From a virus: a stretch of 42,647 bases of DNA. Each line of letters opens with the position of its first letter. Positions within the stretch are counted from its first letter, which is position 1. A program made the position numbers and the translations under genes. Positions 25,184-31,907 of the stretch are shown here, piece after piece. The notes beneath the pieces were generated by a model. That model saw nothing but the letters and a program-made list of their open reading frames with translations, was not told the origin of the DNA and did not search any database. The DNA is taken from positions 1 through 42,647 of IMG/VR virus record IMGVR_UViG_3300029928_000020; one strand, written 5' to 3'.

Positions 25184-26322
25184 GGGGTATCACCTCCCGT
25201 GAACTTGAATCCCTGCACGGCCCGGAAATGGCCGCCGAAGCCGCCTCCGATATGCTCCCGCCCTTTCCGCCTTGCGGAACGCTCGTGGGAAGCAATGCTT
25301 TTGGTTTTGTTGTCCCCGTACAGCTTGGCGGACACCTGCTCCCATTTGGGGGAGCGGCGAAGGGCCGCGCACAGCTGCGGGTGGGACGTGTGGAAGTAGG
25401 TGGGCAGCTTCCTGCCGCGCCTGCCGTTCCCGTCCAGATGGTATTGGGCGATAGCGTCAAGGAATCTGGTTCCAACGCCCGCCCCCTGCCATTCCGGCAT
25501 GGTCACAAGGCGAGTGGCCCGGTAGCCGCCCACGTGGAACCACGGGGAAACCGCCAAATGGCAGGCCAGCTCGCCGTTTACCGTTCCCACAAAGTATTCC
25601 GCCGCAATGGGGCGGGGCAGGCTCAAATAATAATGCGGCTCAAAATGTCGCCAGTAACTTCCGTTGACCTTCCGAATTTCCAGCTCGATCTTGGGCCGCT
25701 GCCGGGGACAGCCTCTTTCGAAAGTCTTTGCCCCGGTATCAAGCACCCAATCCGGCTGTAGCCAGTCCACCACGTCATAATGAGGGGTGAGCAGCACGAC
25801 CCTGCCGGACGGGTTTTCCCGCCTCCACGCCTTTTGGAAAGCCTGTGCGCCGATCTTGGCGATCTGGCGGTCTACCACGGAGGTAAACTCATCCACCACC
25901 GCCGTTTCCGGCCTTGTGCAGATCAGGCGGGCCAGCCCTGCGCGGAACTGCTCCCCATTGGACAGCACCCTATACGGCCTAAGCCACGCTGGCACGTCCC
26001 CAAGGCCCACGGAAGCCAGCATCCCGGTCACAAGGTTAAAGTCCCCGTTCGGCGCTATATCGTCCACAATGGGCCGGTCGTCGTGCCAGCCGGAGGCCAT
26101 GTCCGTGATCCCTGTTCCGCCGAAGAGCTGCTTTCCGATGGACGTTTTTCCAGAGCCGGAAGGGCCGACCACCACGCCGATGCTCCAATCGCCGGAAAGG
26201 TCAACGCCGTCAATGGTCAGGTCGAAGTTGCAGCCGCTTTCCGCGTTGAACAGGCTTTTCACCCGTGCGGCGCGGTAGGAATTAAAATCGCTGACGCGGT
26301 GGTGTACTTCGATAGTCGTCAT
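25180..26322 (-). CDS. ABC-type ATPase fused to a GNAT acetyltransferase-like domain (380 aa)
   Basis: Walker A GPSGSGKTS, signature LSNGEQFR, Walker B VVDEFTSVVD, H-loop LLTPHYD; C-term ...TMPEWQGAGVGTRFLDAI (GNAT motif A). Confidence 0.85.
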   Translation of the reverse strand: MTTIEVHHRVSDFNSYRAARVKSLFNAESGCNFDLTIDGVDLSGDWSIGVVVGPSGSGKTSIGKQLFGGTGITDMASGWHDDRPIVDDIAPNGDFNLVTGMLASVGLGDVPAWLRPYRVLSNGEQFRAGLARLICTRPETAVVDEFTSVVDRQIAKIGAQAFQKAWRRENPSGRVVLLTPHYDVVDWLQPDWVLDTGAKTFERGCPRQRPKIELEIRKVNGSYWRHFEPHYYLSLPRPIAAEYFVGTVNGELACHLAVSPWFHVGGYRATRLVTMPEWQGAGVGTRFLDAIAQYHLDGNGRRGRKLPTYFHTSHPQLCAALRRSPKWEQVSAKLYGDNKTKSIASHERSARRKGREHIGGGFGGHFRAVQGFKFTGGDTP

Positions 26323-26449
26323 ACGGCCACCACCTTCAAGCGGTATCCTTCCGTTTTCAGCTTTTCGTATGTATGTTCTTGGTCTTCTTCATCCCTACAA
26401 ATCACGACCACCGCATACTGTGATTTGTAGGTAAAGCCTTTTTTGTCAT
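26319..26449 (-). CDS. Small ORF needing a -1 shift at A_AAA_AAG (or a homopolymer correction): MTKK/GFTYKSQYAVVVICRDEEDQEHTYEKLKTEGYRLKVVAV
   Basis: AGGTGG RBS 7 nt before ATG 26449; zero frame stops after 15 aa; the -1 frame runs to TGA 26319-21, which overlaps the ATG of the ATPase-GNAT gene (ATGA). Confidence 0.45.
26438..26444 (-). promoter_or_regulatory. A_AAA_AAG slippery heptamer (dnaX-type -1 frameshift motif)
   Basis: Minus strand ATG AC[A AAA AAG] GCT; the heptamer is in the correct zero-frame register. Confidence 0.45.
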
Positions 26450-26516
26450 ATTCTCGCCACCTTTGTCTTGTTTCTCTCCAAACCCCCGCCAGCCGGAGAA
26501 TATCCCACGGGCAACG

Positions 26517-26545
26517 AAAAAAGGCTGCCCCCAAGCAAAACAGCC
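26517..26545 (-). terminator. Hairpin + U-tract in the late leader (T3)
   Basis: Minus strand ggctg-ttttgcttgggg-cagcc-TTTTTT, enclosed by an outer gggcaa/ttgccc pairing (26509-14 / 26547-52). Confidence 0.45.
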
Positions 26546-26623
26546 ATTGCCCGCGCCACCGCAAAAAGCCCATAGCGTCGCCCGCCCCGGATGGATAGGG
26601 GAGCTACCGGCCATGAGCGCATG

Positions 26624-26652
26624 AAAAAAGCCCACGGCGACCGCCGCAGGCT
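26624..26652 (-). terminator. Intrinsic terminator in the late leader (T1)
   Basis: Minus strand agcctgcggc-ggtc-gccgtgggct (10 bp including 2 G-U pairs) followed by TTTTT. Confidence 0.6.
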
Positions 26653-26692
26653 ATTGGGAGGAAAGGTCTGTGCCCCTTTCTTCCACGATACT

Positions 26693-26701
26693 ATTATAGC
26701 A
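26693..26701 (-). promoter_or_regulatory. Extended -10 promoter element (TGcTATAAT), candidate late promoter
   Basis: Minus strand TGCTATAAT; no good -35 (CTAAAA), as expected for an activator-dependent promoter; lies just downstream of the sigma-r4-like gene. Confidence 0.5.
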
Positions 26702-26717
26702 CAGAACATAGTCCGTT

Positions 26718-27188
26718 TTAGTCCGCACTTTTAGAAAATTTTTGATAGCTCGTCCAAAAGTGCTGCAAGGCGTTCCCGTGAATCTCGAACATGACCGTCC
26801 GCTCGAACGGAAGCCGCTGCAAAACGCTTTCCCAGCTTCGCCCGTTGATATAGCGCTCCGTCAGGATGGTCTTTTCCCACTCGTCCGGCAGCTGCTCTAT
26901 CAGCCAAAGGCGCACGTTGAGCGCCTCTTCCAGATGGACGATGGTGTTTTGCAGGCGTTTTTCCACGGTGACGGCCTTCACGGCGGCGTTTGCCAAACTG
27001 TCATGATTTCCGCTTCCGCTGACGTGTTCATCGGTCAGGTTGCTGGTGGTGCCGGTGGCTTTCTCCCGGATCGCTTCCAGTTCTTCCCGCAGGTCGTCCC
27101 GCCGGATTTTCATGGCCATGTATCGGTTCAGGTAGATCATGGCCGGATGTTTGGGCTTTTTACGTTTTGTCTGCTGTTCTTCTTTCAA
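26718..27188 (-). CDS. Late transcription regulator, sigma-70 region-4-like (ArpU/RinA/DUF1492-like)
   Basis: C-term LPDEWEKTILTERYINGRSWESVLQRLPFERTVMFEIHGNAL (r4-type HTH); TTG start after a GGAGG RBS (alternative ATG 27140); last gene before the packaging region. Confidence 0.65.
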   Translation of the reverse strand: MKEEQQTKRKKPKHPAMIYLNRYMAMKIRRDDLREELEAIREKATGTTSNLTDEHVSGSGNHDSLANAAVKAVTVEKRLQNTIVHLEEALNVRLWLIEQLPDEWEKTILTERYINGRSWESVLQRLPFERTVMFEIHGNALQHFWTSYQKFSKSAD

Positions 27189-27191
27189 GGG

Positions 27192-27425
27192 TCATTCCTC
27201 CGATTCCACCGTCCCGCCGGGGACAAGCTCGTAATAGTCGATCTCTTCGTCGGTCAAAGGCTCCGTATAGTCTGCAAAGCCCCACATAGGCCGGGCATAT
27301 CCCGCAATGTGGACATGCTCGGCAAGGGCCGCGTACAGGCTGCGCTTCGGCACCGCTCCGTGGGCCGGGGGACGCATGCGGCAATAGTAGCGGTACAGGG
27401 TATTACTTTTGCTTTCCGTCGTCAT
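27192..27425 (-). CDS. Hypothetical protein (77 aa)
   Basis: MTTESKSNTLYRYYCRMRPPAHGAVPK...; acidic C-terminus; start nested in the upstream Zn-ribbon ORF. Confidence 0.5.
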   Translation of the reverse strand: MTTESKSNTLYRYYCRMRPPAHGAVPKRSLYAALAEHVHIAGYARPMWGFADYTEPLTDEEIDYYELVPGGTVESEE

Positions 27426-27579
27426 TCTTCCGGGCCTCCTCTTTCTCACAGATGATCGTCTCGATGGTGACAAAACGATGATATTTGTTTTTCAGGCACT
27501 TTCTGTACCGGGTCACGGTGTTTTCGCCCGGCTCTGTCCTGTATACAGCCGTTTTTTCTCCGCAGTAGGGGCAAAGCAT
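27403..27579 (-). CDS. NrdR-like zinc-ribbon protein (58 aa, not in the ORF track)
   Basis: AAGGAG RBS; MLCPYCGEKTAVYRTEPGENTVTRYRKCLKNKYHRFVTIE resembles the NrdR N-terminal Zn ribbon (CxxC...RRRxC...RFTTxE). Confidence 0.5.
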   Translation of the reverse strand: MLCPYCGEKTAVYRTEPGENTVTRYRKCLKNKYHRFVTIETIICEKEEARKNDDGKQK

Positions 27580-27582
27580 CGG

Positions 27583-27792
27583 TCACACGCTCCTTTCGTC
27601 CTCCTTCGGTGGTTCCGGCAGGGGCATCCAGTGGGTGACATTTCCACCGCGCTCCCACGTCCCGTCGCCATAAAATTTGAAGATTTTGATGTACCGCGTG
27701 CCCGGAAATGCAACGCTGTCGATGCAGCACAAGTATACATCTTCTTTTCTTTCCGGCAGCCTGTCTTTAACGCTGATCCAGTCCATGCTCAT
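27583..27792 (-). CDS. DUF551 protein
   Basis: MSMDWISVKDRLPERKEDVYL...THWMPLPEPPKE is the classic DUF551 pattern; ATGA overlap with the upstream stop. Confidence 0.75.
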   Translation of the reverse strand: MSMDWISVKDRLPERKEDVYLCCIDSVAFPGTRYIKIFKFYGDGTWERGGNVTHWMPLPEPPKEDERSV

Positions 27793-28601
27793 TCCTCCCA
27801 CGGAAATTCCTGCCGAAAGTCCTCGTCCATCAGCCCGCGAAGGCTTTCTTTCATAAATACTTTCATACCCGTAATCTGCGCCGCTTCCACAATGTTTTCC
27901 ACCCATTCCCGTTTTGGAACGACCTTGCCTTTGCGATTGCCCGTTTCTGCGCCGACGATCACCCATTCATCTGAGCCAAAAGAGCCAAGTCCAACGTGCA
28001 TGTGTTCTGTCAGCGGCTCAATACTTGTGAACGTGTGGTACTTGATCCCCCCTTGAAAACGCTTTGCTTTTTTGTTGTCCAGTGTACTTCCGAACCACCA
28101 GTTATCATGACACGGAAGAATGCCTGCGCTCGCCATGTTGCAAAGTCTGGCGGGATTCTTGGTCAGGAATAGATACCGATGCTGCGGCGCTTTTTCGCAA
28201 GCATCGAATACCTGATTAATCCATTCGTCCGGCACCCAATCCCCGAACAGGTCAGCCATCGAACACACGAAAATGTTGCGCGGCTTTTTCCATTTTTGCG
28301 GCTCGTCCAGCTTGTAGCGGTGGAAGGTTGGCTCAAATCCGAACGGATACGCCGCATTGGTTATACTTCCATCCTTGTTCTTCTGTTCCCACGGATAGTC
28401 AAGTTCTAGTGGTTTTCCCGTTCCTTTTAGCATCCCACGCGCAATCAGATGCCGTTGGCATTGACATTCTGGGTCATATATTTCCATTGGCCTGAACCGT
28501 TCCGCGATCCTGCGGGCATAACAATATTCGCACCCGTGCAGACACCCTGTAACCGGGTTCCACGAAGCATCCGCCCAATCGATTTTTGTTTTAGCTCCCA
28601 T
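27789..28601 (-). CDS. Phage Gp37/Gp68 family protein (DUF5131)
   Basis: TKIDWADASWNPVTGCLHGCEYCYARRIAERF is the family-defining N-terminus; GGGAGG RBS. Confidence 0.85.
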   Translation of the reverse strand: MGAKTKIDWADASWNPVTGCLHGCEYCYARRIAERFRPMEIYDPECQCQRHLIARGMLKGTGKPLELDYPWEQKNKDGSITNAAYPFGFEPTFHRYKLDEPQKWKKPRNIFVCSMADLFGDWVPDEWINQVFDACEKAPQHRYLFLTKNPARLCNMASAGILPCHDNWWFGSTLDNKKAKRFQGGIKYHTFTSIEPLTEHMHVGLGSFGSDEWVIVGAETGNRKGKVVPKREWVENIVEAAQITGMKVFMKESLRGLMDEDFRQEFPWEE

Positions 28602-28776
28602 GGTTCATTCCTCCCACTTCGCTGCCGCCATCTGCTCCGGCGTGGGCTTCCAGTGCCAGCGCATCGCTCCAATTCATCCGATGGTCAAAGCTCCAATCCA
28701 TGCCGCGCAAAAAAGCGAAGAAACAAACGATCACCCAGATCAGACTTGCGAGAAAAACCCCTTCCCAAAAACTCAT
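28591..28776 (-). CDS. Small membrane protein (61 aa)
   Basis: MSFWEGVFLASLIWVIVCFFAFLRG...; ATGA coupling to the upstream micro-ORF. Confidence 0.4.
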   Translation of the reverse strand: MSFWEGVFLASLIWVIVCFFAFLRGMDWSFDHRMNWSDALALEAHAGADGGSEVGGMNHGS

Positions 28777-28910
28777 GAGATCACCTCCAAAAAATTCTTT
28801 GCGCACAAAACCGCCCAATAAAGGATGATCCAGCCCCAAGCGTCCTTCTTCCGGCCCAGCCGAAAGTAGACGATCATGGAAATAAGAAACAGCAGGAAAA
28901 CAGGCACCAT
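28773..28910 (-). CDS. Small membrane protein (45 aa)
   Basis: MVPVFLLFLISMIVYFRLGRKKDAWGWIILYWAVLCA; TGATG coupling to the ThyX-like stop. Confidence 0.4.
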   Translation of the reverse strand: MVPVFLLFLISMIVYFRLGRKKDAWGWIILYWAVLCAKNFLEVIS

Positions 28911-29431
28911 CAGCCCTCCTTTTCGCCGCAGGGGTACATTTCGCAGCACCGCCCACGGTAAACGCAGTCGGGAACCAGTATCCCGGCCATGGCGGGTTCT
29001 TCGGAAATGATCTCTTCGCAGACCATGTACCATAGGTCGCGGGTGGCCACGTCCGCCTTTCGGCACAGCCGCCTTCGGCTGATGTTGATAAGGGCCTGCG
29101 CATTGGCCTCAAAGGTGACCATGACGGGCGCGTCCTGCGGGGCCTTGGTGCGGTCGTAGTTGCTTTGACGGTCGTTGCGCTGGGATTGGACGTACCATTC
29201 CACCCCTAACTTGTGGCGCACAAGGTGGTTGCTGACGTAGTAGGGCACCCCATGCAGGCGGATCGTCCACACCAGCGAACGAGTGGGGGAATGCTCCGCC
29301 AGAAGGATTCTGTGCTTCCAGCTTTCGGAGGGAACCTTGACGGTCTCCTTGCCCTCCGTGCCCACGGCCAGCGCGTAGCATCGCGCCCATTCCTCATCCG
29401 TGGGCTTCCGCAAAATGTCGATCGTAATCAT
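28910..29431 (-). CDS. ThyX-like (flavin-dependent thymidylate synthase family) protein, short form (173 aa)
   Basis: HLVRHKLGVEWYVQSQRNDRQ resembles the ThyX signature RHRxxSxxxQSQRY; shorter than canonical ThyX. Confidence 0.5.
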   Translation of the reverse strand: MITIDILRKPTDEEWARCYALAVGTEGKETVKVPSESWKHRILLAEHSPTRSLVWTIRLHGVPYYVSNHLVRHKLGVEWYVQSQRNDRQSNYDRTKAPQDAPVMVTFEANAQALINISRRRLCRKADVATRDLWYMVCEEIISEEPAMAGILVPDCVYRGRCCEMYPCGEKEG

Positions 29432-29437
29432 TGCTCT

Positions 29438-30289
29438 TTACTCCAATCCAAATTGCTGCATCATCTGTTCCATCTTGTTCCGGGCCGTCTTCTGCCGCCT
29501 GCCGCCGCCGGATACCTTGCATGGGGTACACATTTCCACGATGCGGTCGTAAATGCGCCGGTGGGTCACGTCCTCGGCATTTTTCAGGGCCGCCATGGTC
29601 AGGTTGGTGGTGACGATCAGGGGCTTTTGGGCCTTGTACCGGGCGTTGATGATCTCATACACCTGTTCGCCCATGTACTCGGTGTCACGTTCCGTGCCCA
29701 CGTCGTCCAGCACCAGAAGGGGCGCTTGGGCCACCATCCGCAGCACGGCTTCCCGCTCCGCGCCGAAGTCCTTTTGCATGGCGTTGACCAGCCTGGGCAG
29801 GGTGGTCATAGTGGCCGGAATCCCCTTGTCGATCAGAGCGTTGGCGATACAGGCCGCCAGAAAGGTTTTCCCGCCGCCTACGTCGCCCCATAGCAGCAGA
29901 CCGGCGTTGTTTTCCGCCGCCCATTCCCAGTTGTCCGCATAGGCCCGGCAGAACTGGCTTGCCTTTGCGTCCTCCTGATCGTCCACGTCAAAGGTGCAGC
30001 CCCGGTATTGTTCGTCCGTCATGCCCTGACGGCGGTAACGGTCGATCCGCAGGGCCATTTCCTGCCGTTTCCGGGCCTCTTCCTCCGCCGCCAGCCTGTC
30101 CCGCTCACATTTGCACATGCAGGGCACTTTGTTCCGGGCGATCAGGCCCTCCACCTCAAACCATGTCTGTTTTCGTTCCCCGCAGACGGCGCACACCCGC
30201 AGCCCTTCTTCGTCGGTCAGGTCGTCCGGCGAAGCGTTGTCCCGGCTCATGGCAGGCCCAAGGGCCGCCGCAAACAGGTTTGTTTCCAT
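29438..30289 (-). CDS. DnaC/IstB-like helicase loader ATPase
   Basis: Walker A GDVGGGKTFLAACIANAL, Walker B LLVLDDVGTE; N-terminal Cys cluster CAVCGERK...CMCKCE. Confidence 0.85.
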   Translation of the reverse strand: METNLFAAALGPAMSRDNASPDDLTDEEGLRVCAVCGERKQTWFEVEGLIARNKVPCMCKCERDRLAAEEEARKRQEMALRIDRYRRQGMTDEQYRGCTFDVDDQEDAKASQFCRAYADNWEWAAENNAGLLLWGDVGGGKTFLAACIANALIDKGIPATMTTLPRLVNAMQKDFGAEREAVLRMVAQAPLLVLDDVGTERDTEYMGEQVYEIINARYKAQKPLIVTTNLTMAALKNAEDVTHRRIYDRIVEMCTPCKVSGGGRRQKTARNKMEQMMQQFGLE

Positions 30290-30301
30290 TGGGTTCCCTC
30301 C

Positions 30302-30979
30302 TTACCACGGCACTTGGTCGCCGTTGTCGTAATCGTCCCGGTCGATCTTCCGGGCCTGTGTGTGCCCGTCCCGGTTCTTTTCCCACGTGCGGACAGCCGC
30401 TTTCCAGTCCTTCATTTTGTTCTTGCCGACCATCCAGCCCTTGCCGGTGTAGAAGTCCACGAAGGTTTCCGGGTTGACGGTGTTTCCCCGCTCCCGGCAA
30501 TAGGCCCGCACTTCCTCCACCGTGGGAGGAATGAACCGGGTCTGCTTTTTCTCTCCCGGCAATTCGTCAGAATTGCCCCTATATAGATTTATTACATTCC
30601 CATTTACATTCCCATTCCCATTTCCATTACCATTTTCATTATCAGCCAGATTTGCTAGGTTTTGCTTAGCTTTGCTAGGTTTGCTAGCGTTTGCTAGCGC
30701 TTGCTTAGCTTTGCTAGCATTTGCTGCCTTGGCATATCCTCCGGCGCGGCCCGCCTCCGCCCTGCGTTTGCAGGTTTCTTCGTACTTTTTCAAGTCCCGG
30801 TCGAGCTGGGCGCGGATGAAGGAAAAGGCCATCATGGGAATAGGTTCAAGGCTCGGTTCCGCCCCTGTTTCCACATAGTCGAAAATCGCCATCAGCAAAC
30901 GGCCCTGATCTTCCGGGGGAAGAAGCTCGAAATGCTGCCTGTAATCGCAGTACAGGACGAAGCTCTTTTTGTCAGCCAT
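30302..30979 (-). CDS. Replication organizer/initiator-like protein (DnaD-related), contains the iteron array
   Basis: N-term KSFVLYCDYRQHFELLPPEDQGRLLMAIFDY; low-complexity linker (ASKAKQ, NGNGNGNGN); C-term TVEEVRAYCRERGNTVNPETFVDFYTGKGW; upstream of the loader. Confidence 0.7.
   Translation of the reverse strand: MADKKSFVLYCDYRQHFELLPPEDQGRLLMAIFDYVETGAEPSLEPIPMMAFSFIRAQLDRDLKKYEETCKRRAEAGRAGGYAKAANASKAKQALANASKPSKAKQNLANLADNENGNGNGNGNVNGNVINLYRGNSDELPGEKKQTRFIPPTVEEVRAYCRERGNTVNPETFVDFYTGKGWMVGKNKMKDWKAAVRTWEKNRDGHTQARKIDRDDYDNGDQVPW
30652..30728. repeat. Eight TTGCT(T)AGC iterons at ~10-bp phasing (candidate phage origin)
   Basis: TTGCT starts at 30652, 30662, 30672, 30681, 30691, 30701, 30711, 30721; adjacent CCATT-type AT-rich repeats at 30590-30645. 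Confidence 0.75.
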
Positions 30980-31211
30980 CGGCACCGCCTCCCATGCGGT
31001 ACTGTTTCACGCTGCAATTCTCGCCGAAACGGTTCTTGACCGTGACCATGTGGCCGGTGATGTTGTGGCCGTCCTTTTTCAGCTCCGACACACGGGAGGC
31101 AAGGCGCATGATCCCGAGGTCTTTCAGGGCCTCGTATTGGGTGATGGAGCCAAATTGTTCTAGGTAGTCTAGCACCCGCTGGGCCTGCGTGGGTTTTCGG
31201 TTTTCCGTCAT
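30972..31211 (-). CDS. Winged-helix DNA-binding protein (79 aa)
   Basis: QAQRVLDYLEQFGSITQYEALKDLGIMRLASRVSELKKDGH is a typical wHTH. Confidence 0.65.
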   Translation of the reverse strand: MTENRKPTQAQRVLDYLEQFGSITQYEALKDLGIMRLASRVSELKKDGHNITGHMVTVKNRFGENCSVKQYRMGGGADG

Positions 31212-31543
31212 ATGTCCCCATCCTTCCTGTGCATACTCCTTTCCGCCGAAAATCCGTCCGGGTAGCGGGCTTGGAGCTTTTCAATATTCATGCGCATAAT
31301 GGTTTCCAGATCGTAGTCAATGGCCGCCGCCGTTTCCGCAACGTACCAGAGCACATCCCCCAGTTCCTTTGCCACGTGCTCCCTGTCCAGCGGATGGCGC
31401 TGCATCTGGTTTTTCTTGATGAGATCGGCGATCTCGCCGGATTCGCCACAAAGGCCCAAAGCGCCGTTGACAATGTGTTCGCTTGGGGTCAGCTCTCCGT
31501 TGCTTGTCCGCATGGCCAATTTCTGATATTCATTGATGGTCAT
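31208..31543 (-). CDS. mazG: MazG-like nucleotide pyrophosphohydrolase
   Basis: MTINEYQKLAMRT...GLCGESGEIADLIKK...ELGDVLWYVAETAAAIDYDLETIMRMNIEKLQARY. Confidence 0.85.
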   Translation of the reverse strand: MTINEYQKLAMRTSNGELTPSEHIVNGALGLCGESGEIADLIKKNQMQRHPLDREHVAKELGDVLWYVAETAAAIDYDLETIMRMNIEKLQARYPDGFSAERSMHRKDGDI

Positions 31544-31907
31544 TGTTCTGTTCCTCTCTCGCTTGTAATTCATGGCCGGAAGCATATTCCCGGTACAGTT
31601 CAAACCAGTCGTCAATGGTCATGGTGACCAGAATTTCCGCATTGTTCTTTTTGTGGAACACGGCTGGGAGGGCGTTTCCGCCCCCCGCTTCCGCGTCCCG
31701 GATGGCTTGGCTCATCCACTCGTACAGGGCCATACGCTCTTGGTGCTTGGCTTCCACGTGGATGCCCGGCAGGCCCACCACGTCCGACGCGTCGCCGGTA
31801 TTGCCGCAATACTGCGCCGTCCGCCGCGCGTCGTAGCCCTGCGAACGGAACACAGCCGCCAGCAGGCGTTCAAACCGCGCTCCCTTTTGCTTGCTGTTGA
31901 CCGGCAT
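31530..31907 (-). CDS. PD-(D/E)XK Holliday-junction-resolvase-like nuclease
   Basis: KQKGARFERLLAAVFRSQGYDARR...DASDVVGLPGIHVEAKHQE (D...E-x-K motif); ATG 31907 preferred over TTG 31931. Confidence 0.7.
   Translation of the reverse strand: MPVNSKQKGARFERLLAAVFRSQGYDARRTAQYCGNTGDASDVVGLPGIHVEAKHQERMALYEWMSQAIRDAEAGGGNALPAVFHKKNNAEILVTMTIDDWFELYREYASGHELQAREEQNNDHQ

Noticed and set aside
26319-26709. Three overlapping minus-strand ORFs (84, 77 and 87 aa) in the leader region taken at face value
   Set aside because: They are mutually overlapping, Gly/Trp/Arg/Phe-rich and lack RBS, and they span hairpin/U-tract elements. Only the last ~39 codons of the 84-aa frame look protein-like, and these are better explained by the RBS + ATG at 26449 with a -1 shift.
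26450-26717. Possible tRNA/tmRNA or riboswitch in the structured leader
   Set aside because: No cloverleaf, no GTTCRANYC T-loop and no recognisable riboswitch core could be found by eye. It is kept only as a generic structured leader.
28591-29112. 173-aa and 97-aa minus-strand ORFs (28591-29112, 28773-29066) overlapping the ThyX-like gene
   Set aside because: Their N-terminal two-thirds are out-of-frame overlaps of the ThyX-like gene with Arg/Gly/Pro-rich sequence. Only the short hydrophobic C-terminal parts, starting at coupled ATGs (28776, 28910), are plausible.
30590-30728. Short tandem repeat array as a CRISPR array
   Set aside because: The units are 9-10 bp with no spacers, lie inside a coding region, and there are no cas genes. 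The pattern fits origin iterons.
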